From an uncultured Actinomycetota bacterium (GTDB lineage: Bacteria; Actinomycetota; Actinomycetes; Mycobacteriales; Mycobacteriaceae): 64,000 nt of DNA. Position numbers and translations under genes: made by a program. Where the stretch lies: assembly GCA_963833935.1 (NCBI GenBank), contig CAWIAC010000020.1, positions 18,607 through 82,606 of the forward strand. The letters are read 5' to 3'. The notes under the pieces are model-generated. The model ran no database searches. It was not told the origin of the DNA and worked only from the letters and a program-made list of their open reading frames with translations. Positions 1 to 9,596 of the stretch are shown here, one piece after another; the first letter of the stretch is position 1; the number at the start of each line of letters is the position of its first letter.

Positions 1-633
1 GGAAGTGTCTGCCTCCTGGCGGCTTGTTCTCACAGTTCTTCGGAGACGGCCCCCACCGCCGATATCACGAAGATTTCCCAGGTGAAGTCTGCCTTCGGGC
101 CGGAATTCAAGGTCAAGGACACCTCGAAGACCGCGATCGATCCCAAGGTGCTGACGACGCACAAGCTTCCGCCGGGCCTGAAGTTCGATCCGCCGGATTG
201 CGCGTCGTTCGTGGTCGGCGAGGACATGCCACCGGGCCTGGAGGGAAATATGGCTGCGGTGTCCGCCGAGGGCGACGGCGACCGGTTCATCGTGATGGCC
301 GTGCAGACGTCGGCGCCGGTGCCGTTCGAGGAGCCGAGCCGCAACTGCCGCAAGGTCGGATTTGAGGGGGGCCGGGTGCGCGGTCTCATCGAAGTCGTCG
401 ACGTGCCGCAGATCGAGGGGACACGCACTCTGGGCGTACACCGTGTCCTGCAGACCGTGGTGCAAGGAAAGCCGCGCAGCGGTGAGCTGTACAACTATTC
501 CGCGCATTTCGGTGACTACCAGGTGATTGTCACCGCCAACCCGCAATTGAAGCCCGGCCAGCCGCCCGCGCCCGTCGACACCAACCGGGCCCGCGATCTG
601 CTCGTCAAATCCGTCGCCGCGATCAAGGGCTGA
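1..633 (+). CDS. Putative lipoprotein, DUF5642/Rv0999-like (5' end truncated by window)
   Basis: Frame is open from base 1 (GSVCLLAACSHSS..., lipobox LAAC). It precedes the alkB-like gene and arcA, as Rv0999 does. Confidence 0.7.
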   Translation, partial: GSVCLLAACSHSSSETAPTADITKISQVKSAFGPEFKVKDTSKTAIDPKVLTTHKLPPGLKFDPPDCASFVVGEDMPPGLEGNMAAVSAEGDGDRFIVMAVQTSAPVPFEEPSRNCRKVGFEGGRVRGLIEVVDVPQIEGTRTLGVHRVLQTVVQGKPRSGELYNYSAHFGDYQVIVTANPQLKPGQPPAPVDTNRARDLLVKSVAAIKG

Positions 634-636
634 CTT

Positions 637-1233
637 TTACCGAACGTCCCTGGGCCGGAACTGAAGACTGACCCGCGGCCCGCTGCAGGCCGACGTCTTG
701 GGGACCGAGTGCTCCCATGTTCGCTGGCAAGAGCCGCCCATCACCAATAGATCGCCGTGCGCCTGCGGCAGCCGCAACGACGAGCCGCCGCCGCGGGGCC
801 GCAACGCGAAGGTTCGGGTGGCGCCGAGGCTCACAATCGCCACCATGGTGTCCTGGGTGCTGCTGCGGCCGATGGTGTCGCCGTGCCACGCCACGCTGTC
901 GGCGCCGTCGCGATACCAGCACAGGCCGACGGTGGTGAACGGCTCGCCCAGCTCACCGGCGTAGATGTCGTTGAGACGGCGCCGAATCCGGGCCAGCCGC
1001 GGATGCGGCGGCTCCTCGACAGCGAGGTCATGGAAGCTCACCAGGCGGGGCACATCGAGTATGCGGTCGTACATCTGGCGGCGTTCGGCTCGCCACGGAA
1101 TCGTTTCCAGCAGTTCGTCCACCAGGTTGTCGGCGCCGGTGAGCCAACCGGAGCGGATATCGATCCAAGCCCCATTGCCGAGCGGCCTGCGGTCGTTGCA
1201 CTCGAACAACGACTCCTGCACCGAAATCGCCAC
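637..1233 (-). CDS. AlkB-family 2-oxoglutarate/Fe(II) dioxygenase (Rv1000c-like)
   Basis: HxD motif (WHGD), WEHSVPK and RVSLQFR. Likely leaderless GTG at 1233, 7 nt after a TAAACT -10 element. Confidence 0.9.
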   Translation of the reverse strand: MAISVQESLFECNDRRPLGNGAWIDIRSGWLTGADNLVDELLETIPWRAERRQMYDRILDVPRLVSFHDLAVEEPPHPRLARIRRRLNDIYAGELGEPFTTVGLCWYRDGADSVAWHGDTIGRSSTQDTMVAIVSLGATRTFALRPRGGGSSLRLPQAHGDLLVMGGSCQRTWEHSVPKTSACSGPRVSLQFRPRDVR

Positions 1234-1246
1234 GCCGCCCAGTTTA

Positions 1247-1262
1247 TCGCACACCCGTTCGA
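1247..1262 (-). promoter_or_regulatory. LexA (SOS) box upstream of the alkB-like gene
   Basis: TCGAAC-GGGT-GTGCGA on the minus strand, one mismatch to mycobacterial TCGAAC-N4-GTTCGA, abutting the -10 element. Confidence 0.8.
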
Positions 1263-1358
1263 ACTACAGCCGAACGGGCTCGGTCGTGGGCGGCGAGCAC
1301 GTCGTCGGGATTGCTCAGCGCGCGAGTTCGCAGACTGGTCCGCGTTACCGTGCTAGGT

Positions 1359-2567
1359 GTGACTAGCAGCCGACTAGGCGCCACTTCCGAGGTTGGTGCA
1401 CTGCGGGTGGTCATCGTGCACCGACCCGGTGCGGAACTGCGCCGACTCACGCCGCGCAACAACGATGACCTGCTGTTCGACGGACTGCCCTGGGTCGCGC
1501 GGGCGCAGGAGGAGCACGATGCGTTCGTTGAACTGCTGCGCTCTCGCGGCGTCGAGGTGCTGTTGTTGTCCGACTTGCTGCACGAGGCGCTGGCCAGCGG
1601 GGCGGCCAGGATGCAGGGCGTCTCAGCTGCGGTCGACGCTAGAAGGCTGGGATCGCCTTTGGCGCAAGAGCTTTCGATCTATCTGCGTAGCCTCGACCCG
1701 GCCAAATTAGCGCACGCCCTGATCGCCGGCATGACGTTCGCCGAGCTACCGCCGGACGCGCGTGCGGACGAGTCACTGGTCCGTCGCATGCATCACGGGA
1801 GCGACTACGTCATCGAGCCGCTGCCCAACCTGTTGTTCACCCGCGACTCGTCGATCTGGGTCGGTCCCCGGGTGGTCATCCCGTCGTTGGCGCTGCCGGC
1901 ACGAGCCCGCGAGGCATCGTTGACCGACTTGATCTATGCCCACCATCCCCGATTCACCGGTGTACGACGTGCCTACGAATCCCGCACGGCGCCAGTGGAA
2001 GGCGGTGACGTGTTACTGCTTGCCCCGGGAGTGTTAGCCGTCGGCGTGGGTGAACGCACGACCCCAGCGGGCGCAGAATCTCTGGCGCGCAGCCTGTTCG
2101 ACGATGACCTGGCCCACACGGTACTGGCGGTGCCGCTGGCCAGGGAACGCGCGCAGATGCACCTGGACACGGTGTGCAGCATGGTCGACACCGACGCGGT
2201 GGTGATGTATGCGAACGTCGTCGACACGCTGTCGGCATTCACCATTGCGCGCACCCCGGACGGGGTGAGGATCTCCGATGAAGCACCGTTCGTCGACGCC
2301 GCGGCTGCCGCGATGGGCCTCGACACCCTGCGCGTCATCGACACCGGCCGCGATTCCGTTGTCGCCGAACGAGAACAGTGGGATGACGGCAACAACACGT
2401 TGGCGCTGGCGCCCGGAGTGGTCGTCGGCTACGAACGCAATATGCGAACCAACGCACGGCTGCAGGATGCCGGAATCGAGGTGCTGACGATTGCCGCCTC
2501 TGAGCTCGGCACCGGCCGCGGCGGGCCGCGGTGCATGACTTGTCCGGCCGCTCGCGACCCGCTGTAA
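1359..2567 (+). CDS. arcA: Arginine deiminase
   Basis: SEVGALR, LLFD, FTRD, EGGD, MHLDT and [11 protein letters not shown] motifs. GTG at 1359 follows a TACCGT -10. Confidence 0.95.
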   Translation: MTSSRLGATSEVGALRVVIVHRPGAELRRLTPRNNDDLLFDGLPWVARAQEEHDAFVELLRSRGVEVLLLSDLLHEALASGAARMQGVSAAVDARRLGSPLAQELSIYLRSLDPAKLAHALIAGMTFAELPPDARADESLVRRMHHGSDYVIEPLPNLLFTRDSSIWVGPRVVIPSLALPARAREASLTDLIYAHHPRFTGVRRAYESRTAPVEGGDVLLLAPGVLAVGVGERTTPAGAESLARSLFDDDLAHTVLAVPLARERAQMHLDTVCSMVDTDAVVMYANVVDTLSAFTIARTPDGVRISDEAPFVDAAAAAMGLDTLRVIDTGRDSVVAEREQWDDGNNTLALAPGVVVGYERNMRTNARLQDAGIEVLTIAASELGTGRGGPRCMTCPAARDPL

Positions 2568-2685
2568 TCTGTTGCGGGCCTTCGTTCGTTCTTGATTGCG
2601 GTTTGGTAACCGACACGCCCGCAACAGGACACCGGACCATAACGATCCGGCATCCGGCTCGCCGTTGCGCCGCGAACCTGTCAGC

Positions 2686-2904
2686 GTGGTGGTCGTGACT
2701 ATTGATGTTGACCCTGACCGCATTCCCGCCACTGAGGGGCGGCCTTACCGCTGTGCGCGAGGCCACTGGCTGCTGCCGGGACACATGGTGGTCGGAAGCA
2801 TGCCGTGCTCCTGCCGTCGAGGCCGGCACACCACCTGGAATTGCGAGTGCGGCGACGTCATCTACGCGCCGGCGCTGAAAGGGTCGTGCGCGCTGGGCAG
2901 CTAG
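2686..2904 (+). CDS. Small Cys/His-rich hypothetical protein (possible metal binding)
   Basis: CARGH...CSC...H...CEC pattern. Start codon uncertain. Confidence 0.5.
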   Translation: MVVVTIDVDPDRIPATEGRPYRCARGHWLLPGHMVVGSMPCSCRRGRHTTWNCECGDVIYAPALKGSCALGS

Positions 2905-2927
2905 ACGGCCTTCGCGTTGAAGACGAG

Positions 2928-4481
2928 CTAGCGCCAGCTGGGCAGCCAGATCTCCATGTTCCAGGTATTCTGCGAGATCGGCTGTCCGGTCAGCACCGGA
3001 AAGAGCCAGGCGAAGTTCGTCAACACCAGTGCGACGTAACAGGACACCGCGATCAGCCCGAGGCTGCGGCGTTCGGCACCTTGGCCGGGTTTGTAGAGGA
3101 TGTCGCCGAGGACCAACGCGATTGCCATCACCAGGAACGGCGCCATCGTCGCCGCGTAGAAGAAGTACATCTGCCGGTCGATGTCGGCGAACCACGGCAG
3201 CCAACCGGCACAATAGCCGACCAACACCGCGGCGTACCGCCAGTCGCGGCGCACGAACATCCGCCAGCAGGTGTAGCCGAGGACAGGTACTGAAAGCCAC
3301 CACATCGCCGGTGTACCAACCAACATCACCGCCTTGACGCACGACTGCGCACCACAGCCGGCGACGTTCTGCTGGTCGATGGCATAGAGCACCGGGCGCA
3401 GCGACATCGGCCACGCCCACGGTTTGGACTCCCAGGGATGGTAGTTGCCTGCCGAATTGGTGAGGCCGGCGTGGAATTCGTAGGCCTTGGCGGTGTAGTG
3501 CCACAGCGAGCGGATGGCGTCGGGCAGTGGGAACTCCGCCTGCGGTCCGATCGACTGGCCTACTTCGTGGCGGTCGATGGCGGTTTCGGAGGCGAACCAT
3601 GGCGCGTAGCTGGCCAGGTACACCCCGAATGGGATGAGCAACAATGCGTAGGCGGTGGGGACCACATCGCGGCGGAGGGTTCCCAGCCACGGTCGCAAGA
3701 CCCGGTACTGCCTGCGCGCCGCCACGTCGAAAGACAACGACATCAGCCCGAAGAACACCACAAAGTAAAGCCCGGACCACTTTGTCGCACAAGCCAATCC
3801 GAGCAGTACCCCGGCGCCGAACCGCCACCATCGCACTCCCAGCCGCGGTCCCCATACCGTCTCGGTGATGCGGCCTTCGGTCAATGCCACGTGCATGCGC
3901 TGGCGCACTTTATCCCGGTCGACGATCAGCGCACCGAATGAGGCGACCACCAGAAACGCCAGGAATCCGTCCAGCAATGCGGTGCGCGCCACGACAAAGC
4001 TGACCCCGTCGGCGATGAGCAGCATTCCGGCGATCGCACCGACCAGCGTCGAACGGCTGATTCGGCGCACGATCCGGACGACCAGCGCCACCAGCACAAT
4101 GCCGAGTACCGCGCCGGTGAACCGCCAGCCCAGCCCGTTGTAGCCGAAAACGGCCTCGCCGATCGCGATCAGCTGTTTGCCCACCGGCGGATGGACGACC
4201 AGTCCATACCCTGGGTTGTCCTCGACGCCGTGGTTGTGCAGCATCTGCCACGCCTGCGGGGCGTAATGCTTCTCGTCGAAGATCGGCGTTCCGGCATCGG
4301 TCGGCGAACCCAGGTTGACGGTTCGGGTCAGCGCCGCCAACGCGGAGACGACGGCGGTCGCCACCCAACCCTCTAGCCGGTCGACGGGCCCGAAATCGGG
4401 TGCCGGCGTGAGCGGAGCGGGACTGATGACCGGTACCGCGTGCTCGGCAGCGACGAGTTCATCGGGTAAGACGGTGACCAT
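2928..4481 (-). CDS. pmt: Polyprenol-phosphate-mannose:protein O-mannosyltransferase (Rv1002c-like)
   Basis: IFDEKHY, VHPPVGK, KWSG and HPWES motifs, multiple TM segments, synteny. Confidence 0.92.
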   Translation of the reverse strand: MVTVLPDELVAAEHAVPVISPAPLTPAPDFGPVDRLEGWVATAVVSALAALTRTVNLGSPTDAGTPIFDEKHYAPQAWQMLHNHGVEDNPGYGLVVHPPVGKQLIAIGEAVFGYNGLGWRFTGAVLGIVLVALVVRIVRRISRSTLVGAIAGMLLIADGVSFVVARTALLDGFLAFLVVASFGALIVDRDKVRQRMHVALTEGRITETVWGPRLGVRWWRFGAGVLLGLACATKWSGLYFVVFFGLMSLSFDVAARRQYRVLRPWLGTLRRDVVPTAYALLLIPFGVYLASYAPWFASETAIDRHEVGQSIGPQAEFPLPDAIRSLWHYTAKAYEFHAGLTNSAGNYHPWESKPWAWPMSLRPVLYAIDQQNVAGCGAQSCVKAVMLVGTPAMWWLSVPVLGYTCWRMFVRRDWRYAAVLVGYCAGWLPWFADIDRQMYFFYAATMAPFLVMAIALVLGDILYKPGQGAERRSLGLIAVSCYVALVLTNFAWLFPVLTGQPISQNTWNMEIWLPSWR

Positions 4482-4502
4482 CACAGACGATCGTAGGCTG
4501 TT

Positions 4503-4614
4503 GCGCATGACCGCGCGCCGGCGACGATGCAGTGGGGGCACCTCCCGCTTGCGGGGGACGAAGCGATGAGGTGGGGGCACCTCCCGCTTGCGGGGGAGAG
4601 CGGCGCATGACCGC
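4503..4614 (+). repeat. MIRU-like intergenic element with two embedded 27-bp REP-like hairpin repeats
   Basis: 12-bp direct repeat GCGCATGACCGC at 4503 and 4603. GTGGGGGCACCTCCCGCTTGCGGGGGA at 4532-4558 and 4571-4597. GGCGACGATGC...GAGCGGCGC MIRU-like ends. Confidence 0.8.
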
Positions 4615-5443
4615 TGGTCGACTGCTGCTGGGCGCCACGCCGTTGGGCCAGCCCTCCGATGCGTCACTCCGGCTGATTGCTGCGCTGTCGTCGGCGGACA
4701 TCGTCGCCGCCGAGGACACCCGTAGGGTGCGGACGCTGGCCAAGGCGCTTGATGTGGTGATCGGCGGAAAGGTCGTCAGCTTTTTCGATCACGTCGAGGC
4801 GGCCCGGGTGCCTGCCCTGGTCGACCAGATCAGCGCAGGCGCCACCGTGCTGGTGGTCAGCGACGCCGGGATGCCGCTGATCAGCGACCCCGGCCACCGG
4901 CTGGTGGCGGCGTGCGTGGACGCAGGTCTGTCGGTGCAATGCCTGCCCGGCCCGTCGGCGGTGACGACGGCGCTGGCGGTGTCGGGCCTGCCGTCGGAGA
5001 GGTTCTGCTTTGAGGGTTTCGCGCCGCGCAAACAGGCTGCGCGCCGCAGCTGGCTGGCGTCGCTGGCGGGAGAGCAGCGCACCGCGGTGTTCTTCGAATC
5101 GCCGCGCCGGCTGCCGGACTGCCTGCGGGACGCGGTCGAGCAGCTCGGGCCGGACCGGCCGGCGGCGGTGTGCCGCGAGCTGACCAAGGTGCATGAGGAA
5201 GTGGTGCGCGGATCGCTGGGAGGGCTGGCCGCGTGGGCCGCCGACGGCGTGCTCGGTGAGATCACCGTGGTGCTGGCCGGGGCGATTGTCCGCGCCGACC
5301 TGCCCACGCTGGTGGTCGAGGCGAGCGCACTGGTCGACGCCGGGATGGGCGTCAAAGACGCGTGCGCGCAGGTGATTTCCGCTGTACCGGGAGCGCCGTC
5401 ACGGCGTGAGCTCTACGACGCGGTGCTGCGATCGCGCGGCTGA
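4607..5443 (+). CDS. rsmI: 16S rRNA (cytidine1402-2'-O)-methyltransferase
   Basis: ATPLG, AEDTR, SDAGMPLISDPG, PGPSA, FESPRR and RELTKVHEE motifs. Confidence 0.95.
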   Translation: MTAGRLLLGATPLGQPSDASLRLIAALSSADIVAAEDTRRVRTLAKALDVVIGGKVVSFFDHVEAARVPALVDQISAGATVLVVSDAGMPLISDPGHRLVAACVDAGLSVQCLPGPSAVTTALAVSGLPSERFCFEGFAPRKQAARRSWLASLAGEQRTAVFFESPRRLPDCLRDAVEQLGPDRPAAVCRELTKVHEEVVRGSLGGLAAWAADGVLGEITVVLAGAIVRADLPTLVVEASALVDAGMGVKDACAQVISAVPGAPSRRELYDAVLRSRG

Positions 5444-6668
5444 GGCCGCGCCCGCTCCGATGATCGGTGCCGCCTTGTGCAGGCATTCTTCCCATTCGGC
5501 GTCGGCATCGGAGTCGGCGGTGATCCCGCCGCCGGACCCCAGCACCGCATGGCCCGCGCCGTCGAATTCCACGGTTCGGATCGCGACGTTCAGCTCGCAG
5601 CCGGCCACCGGCGACGCCAAACCGACCGTGCCGCAATAGACTCCGCGTCGGTCCCGTTCCCATTGTGAAATCAGTTGTCGCGCCCGCAGTTTAGGGGTAC
5701 CGGTGACCGAGGCAGGCGGGAAGGCGGCATCGAGCAGCGTCGAGGTCGGCAGTTCGACGGGCAGCTGGGCCGACACGGTCGACACCAGGTGCCAGACACC
5801 CGGCGCGGCCCGCACCACGAGCAACTCGGGCACCGTGACGGATCCGGTGACCGCGACCCGGCCCAGGTCGTTGCGAACCAGGTCGACGATCATGACGTTC
5901 TCGGCGACGTCCTTGCTCGAGGCCCGCAGCGCCGACGGGGGGGCGTACAGCGGCAACGTGCCCTTGATCGGGCTCGAGGTGACCATGTCGCCGCGGCGGC
6001 ACACGAAGAGTTCCGGCGACAGCGACGCCACCGCCCCCCAGGGTCCGGCCACATACGCCGCCCGCTCCGGTGCGGTGTGCGCGACACCGTCGATGAAGAA
6101 ATCCAACGGATCCCCGGCGATCGTCCCGGTGAACTGCGTGCACACGCATGCTTGATAGACCTCCCCGGCGCGGATGGCTTCCAAGCAGGCCATGACGCCG
6201 GCGCGATGTGCCGCACGGTCGGCGGTATCCCAATCGATCCGGTAAGCCCGCACCGGCACCGGCAGCCGGCGCCGTCAGCGCTTCCGGTAGCCAATGTGGC
6301 ATCGGGGCGCCGGACAGGCTCTCGTACCACCATTGCCGGTCGTGGTCGCAGCGCAGCACGCAGTCCGTCCAGCCGCCGGCGGCCTCGGGTATCCGGACGC
6401 CTCGTCCGTTGGAACCGGGATCAGGGTAGGACAGGTAGCCGATCCAGCCACCGCCGACCGCCGTACTCCGCGAACCCGGTCGCACGGCGAACGCGTCGGC
6501 TACATCGGCGGGTCGTATCAACACGCTCGGCGCGATCACCGCCGAAGCGCCGAACCAGTGACCGGTCAGCGCGGCCGGCGGCGGCAGGTCCAGCCGGTTC
6601 GTGGCGTCGCCGATGGCGCGCAGCACCTCAGGAGGGCTGCCGAGAGCGCCGAGCCGGTCAATTCGCAC
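5399..6668 (-). pseudogene. pabB: Aminodeoxychorismate synthase component I, frameshifted near 6250-6275
   Basis: N-half is in ORF 5691..6668 (MRIDRLG...GGWIGYLSY). C-half is in ORF 5399..6259 (GEVYQ, SPELF, PIKGT, ENVMIVDLVRNDL, NVAIRT), which has an in-frame TGA just upstream. May be a sequencing error. Confidence 0.85.
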
Positions 6669-6689
6669 GCCCCCAGCTTTGCAGAAATC

Positions 6690-7586
6690 TCAGCCGCGGC
6701 TGATTTCGCGCACGGTCGTCGCGGCCGCCAGCTTGTCCGGATTGCGCATCGCATAAACGTTGCTGATCTTGCCGTCGACGATCTCGACGGTGAAAATGCC
6801 CTCTAGACGGGCGCCGGAGTGGAGCACCACCGCCGGCGCGGCGTTGCACATCGCCATTTCCGCGCGCGCTTCGGGCAGTTTTCGGCCGACTATCCCGATG
6901 ACCATCCGGGCGACCTTCTCGGCCCCGATCACCGGGCGACGCGCCGCACTGGCCTTGCCCCCGCTGTCGGCGGTCCACACCACGTCGGGTGCCAGCATCG
7001 ACATCACCTTCTGCACGTCGCCGCCGGCCGCCGCTGCCATGAATTCCGCCGCGATCCGGGCATTCTGCGCGGGGTCGACCGGGGCGAAGCGCTTGCGTCT
7101 GGCGTGCACGTGTTCGCGGGCCCGATGGGCGACCTGCCGCACTGCGGCCACCGATTTGTCGACGGCGGAGGCGATTTCGTCGTAGTCGAATCCAAAGACC
7201 TCCCGCAGCACGAACACCGCGCGTTCTTCGGGACTCAACGTCTCCAGCAGCACCAGCATGGCCATCGAAACCGATTCGGCCAGTAGCACATCGGCGGACG
7301 GGTCCTGCTCGTCGAGCAGCAGCGGCTCCGGCAGCCACGGTCCTACGTAGTCCTCTCGACGCCGGGTGCCGGCGCGCAGCGCGTTGAGCGCCTGACGGGT
7401 GACCAACCGGGCCAGATAAGACTTCGTGTCACGCACCCCGGACAAGTCTACCTGCGACCAACGCAGGTAGCTGTCCTGGAGAACATCGTCGGATTCCGTT
7501 GTCGAACCGAGGATTTCGTAGGCGATGGTAAACAGCAGCGGCCGCAATAGAGTGAACCGTTCGGCGTGGTCGCCGGACGCGCTCAC
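6690..7586 (-). CDS. ECF41-group (SigJ-like) sigma-70 factor with C-terminal SnoaL-like domain
   Basis: YVGPWLPEP, DSGGK and RNPDKL signature motifs. GTGA overlap with the upstream oxidoreductase. Confidence 0.9.
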   Translation of the reverse strand: MSASGDHAERFTLLRPLLFTIAYEILGSTTESDDVLQDSYLRWSQVDLSGVRDTKSYLARLVTRQALNALRAGTRRREDYVGPWLPEPLLLDEQDPSADVLLAESVSMAMLVLLETLSPEERAVFVLREVFGFDYDEIASAVDKSVAAVRQVAHRAREHVHARRKRFAPVDPAQNARIAAEFMAAAAGGDVQKVMSMLAPDVVWTADSGGKASAARRPVIGAEKVARMVIGIVGRKLPEARAEMAMCNAAPAVVLHSGARLEGIFTVEIVDGKISNVYAMRNPDKLAAATTVREISRG

Positions 7587-8758
7587 GATATCGTGACCGC
7601 GTCGGCCGCCAGGCGCTCGGCCCGCTTGCCGCCTTTGACCCAGCGGTACCACCCGGGCTTGGCGGCCTCCCGGCGGATGCCCCACACGGTGGCTTTGCAG
7701 ATCGCTTCCTTGATCGACGCGGCGACCCGCCCGCCGATGAACAGGTTCACCGTCGTGTCGTCGGTGCGGGTGAGTTGGAAGGTGGCATACGAGCGGCCCA
7801 GGCTGATGCACTGGCCGGTGAAAGCCTGGTTGATCTCCGCGGGAGGCGTGCCTGCGATGCGGCTGAGCACCGTGTTGGCGGCCTGAGCGCCCAGCGGGAT
7901 CGCGGCCTGGCAGCTCATCCGCAACGGCTGGTCCGAGGGCGCGGCGGCGTCACCGGCGGCCACGATGCGGGTATCGTCCACGCTGGTCAGTGTCTCATCG
8001 GTGATCAACCGGCCCAGCGCGTCGGTGCGAAGACCGCTGCGGGCAGCCAAATCCGGCACGCCGAAGCCGGCCGTCCACACCGTCACCGCGCTTGGTAAGA
8101 CGGCGCCGTCGCTCAGCACCACCGCGTCCGACCGGACCTCGCGGACGGCCGCGGCCTCCAGCACATCCACACCGAGGCGGCACAGCCACTTGGCCACCGA
8201 ACGCCGTCCGGCCCTGCTCAGCGACGGCCCCAGCATCCCGCCGCAGACTAGGATCACCCGCCGCCCCTGTTCAGCCAGCTCGGATGCCGTCTCGATCCCG
8301 GTCAACCCGGCGCCCACAATCGTGACCGGTGCGTCGGGGTGTCGATCGTCCAGCGCATCGCGCAGCCGCTCGGCTTGCTCCAATTCTGCTAGCGGGTAGG
8401 CGAATTCGGCGGCGCCCGGCACCGAAGTCGGCAGCACGCCGGTGCTGCCGACCGCGTAGACGACATAGTCGTAGGCCAGCACCGCGCCGGACGTCAGCTC
8501 GACGGTGGCATCGTTGGTGTTGATCCGTGTGACATTGTCGACGACCAGCCGGATGCCCTCGCCGAGCAGTGTCCCGTAGCCGACGGCGGCAGTGCCGCTG
8601 CCGGCGACCAACTGGTGCAACCGTATCCGCTCGACGAAGACCGGGCGTGGATTCACCACGGTGATGTCGGCATCGGCGCGCAGACGCAGATGGTTGGCGG
8701 CCAGCGTGCCGGCGTATCCGCCGCCGATCACGACGATGTGAGTGCGCTGGGCAGTCAT
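7583..8758 (-). CDS. FAD-dependent pyridine nucleotide oxidoreductase (NDH-2-like)
   Basis: GGGYAG, ERIRLHQ, GAGLTGIE, AAGD and RMSCQAA motifs. Typical ECF41 partner. Confidence 0.88.
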   Translation of the reverse strand: MTAQRTHIVVIGGGYAGTLAANHLRLRADADITVVNPRPVFVERIRLHQLVAGSGTAAVGYGTLLGEGIRLVVDNVTRINTNDATVELTSGAVLAYDYVVYAVGSTGVLPTSVPGAAEFAYPLAELEQAERLRDALDDRHPDAPVTIVGAGLTGIETASELAEQGRRVILVCGGMLGPSLSRAGRRSVAKWLCRLGVDVLEAAAVREVRSDAVVLSDGAVLPSAVTVWTAGFGVPDLAARSGLRTDALGRLITDETLTSVDDTRIVAAGDAAAPSDQPLRMSCQAAIPLGAQAANTVLSRIAGTPPAEINQAFTGQCISLGRSYATFQLTRTDDTTVNLFIGGRVAASIKEAICKATVWGIRREAAKPGWYRWVKGGKRAERLAADAVTIS

Positions 8759-8795
8759 TGTTTTCTCCTGTTCTTGCGGGATGTTCTGCCCTCAA

Positions 8796-8822
8796 GACAC
8801 CGCGGCATCGGCGGATGTGACA
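8796..8822 (-). promoter_or_regulatory. ECF41-type promoter
   Basis: TGTCACA-N16-TGTC on the minus strand, about 40 nt upstream of the oxidoreductase ATG. Confidence 0.8.
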
Positions 8823-9022
8823 GCGGTGGAGTCGTTGTGACCAGGCTCACGCCGGTGGCGTTGCCGCGGCGAGGGCGTCGCCCCGGCGCCGAATCTCTGG
8901 ACGGCAACGGACGCGACGATGCCGTCGGATGCTAGCCCCGATATATAAACTAGCGGTGCTATCGACACCGCCCATTGTGAGGGTTAGCGTCGCTAACACC
9001 TACCGCAAAAGAGGAGTGCAAC

Positions 9023-9493
9023 ATGACCGAGCCGGCCGCATGGTTTGCCGTGATCGCGGTGCTGGGCACCGGGGTGGTCTACGGCACCGACGTGTTCTGT
9101 GCCGTGGTGCTACGACCCGCACTGGCTCGTGTCGACGAACGGGCACTGGTCGCGGTGATGGGCAATGTCCATTACTACGGCGACCGGCGGATGCCGGTGC
9201 CCGGGGTGCTGGGTATGGCCGCAGCGGGCGTCAGTGCGGCATTGGCCGCGGTGTCCGGGCATTGGGCGCAGGCGATCGCTGCGGGTGTTTCGGTGGGTCT
9301 GCTGGTGGTGTGGTTGGGGCTTTACCTGCGCGTGAGCGCGCCGATCAACCGCAGACTCACCGCTGCAGCAAAAGAGTCCGACTCGCCGGTCAATGCCCGC
9401 GCACTGCAACATAATTGGGACAAAGTCAGCACGATCAGAGCAGTGCTACAAGGTTTGGCCGTCACAGCATTGTGCGTAGCGCTGCTGACCTGA
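9023..9493 (+). CDS. DUF1772 / anthrone-oxygenase-family membrane protein
   Basis: Four hydrophobic segments, PIN..L and W......R motifs, GAGGAG RBS. Confidence 0.7.
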   Translation: MTEPAAWFAVIAVLGTGVVYGTDVFCAVVLRPALARVDERALVAVMGNVHYYGDRRMPVPGVLGMAAAGVSAALAAVSGHWAQAIAAGVSVGLLVVWLGLYLRVSAPINRRLTAAAKESDSPVNARALQHNWDKVSTIRAVLQGLAVTALCVALLT

Positions 9494-9596
9494 AACTCGA
9501 AGGGGTGACGCTCGAGGGCGCTGAGCGCGCCGGGCACGGCGTGGCCGATCGAGACGACAAGGGGCGCGTCACGGTTCGCGTTCGACTCGTCGGCAA

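Noticed and set aside
2335-3855. 506-aa minus-strand ORF, and similar long Arg/Pro-rich ORFs (10335-11432, 10750-11877, 15410-16579, 17110-18288, 27267-28466)
   Set aside because: They overlap well-supported genes in other frames, lack motifs and have the composition typical of GC-rich shadow ORFs.
4482-4667. N-terminal extensions of Pmt and RsmI containing repeated peptides (RKREVPP / VGAPPACGG)
   Set aside because: These are translations of the intergenic REP/MIRU repeat, not part of the proteins.
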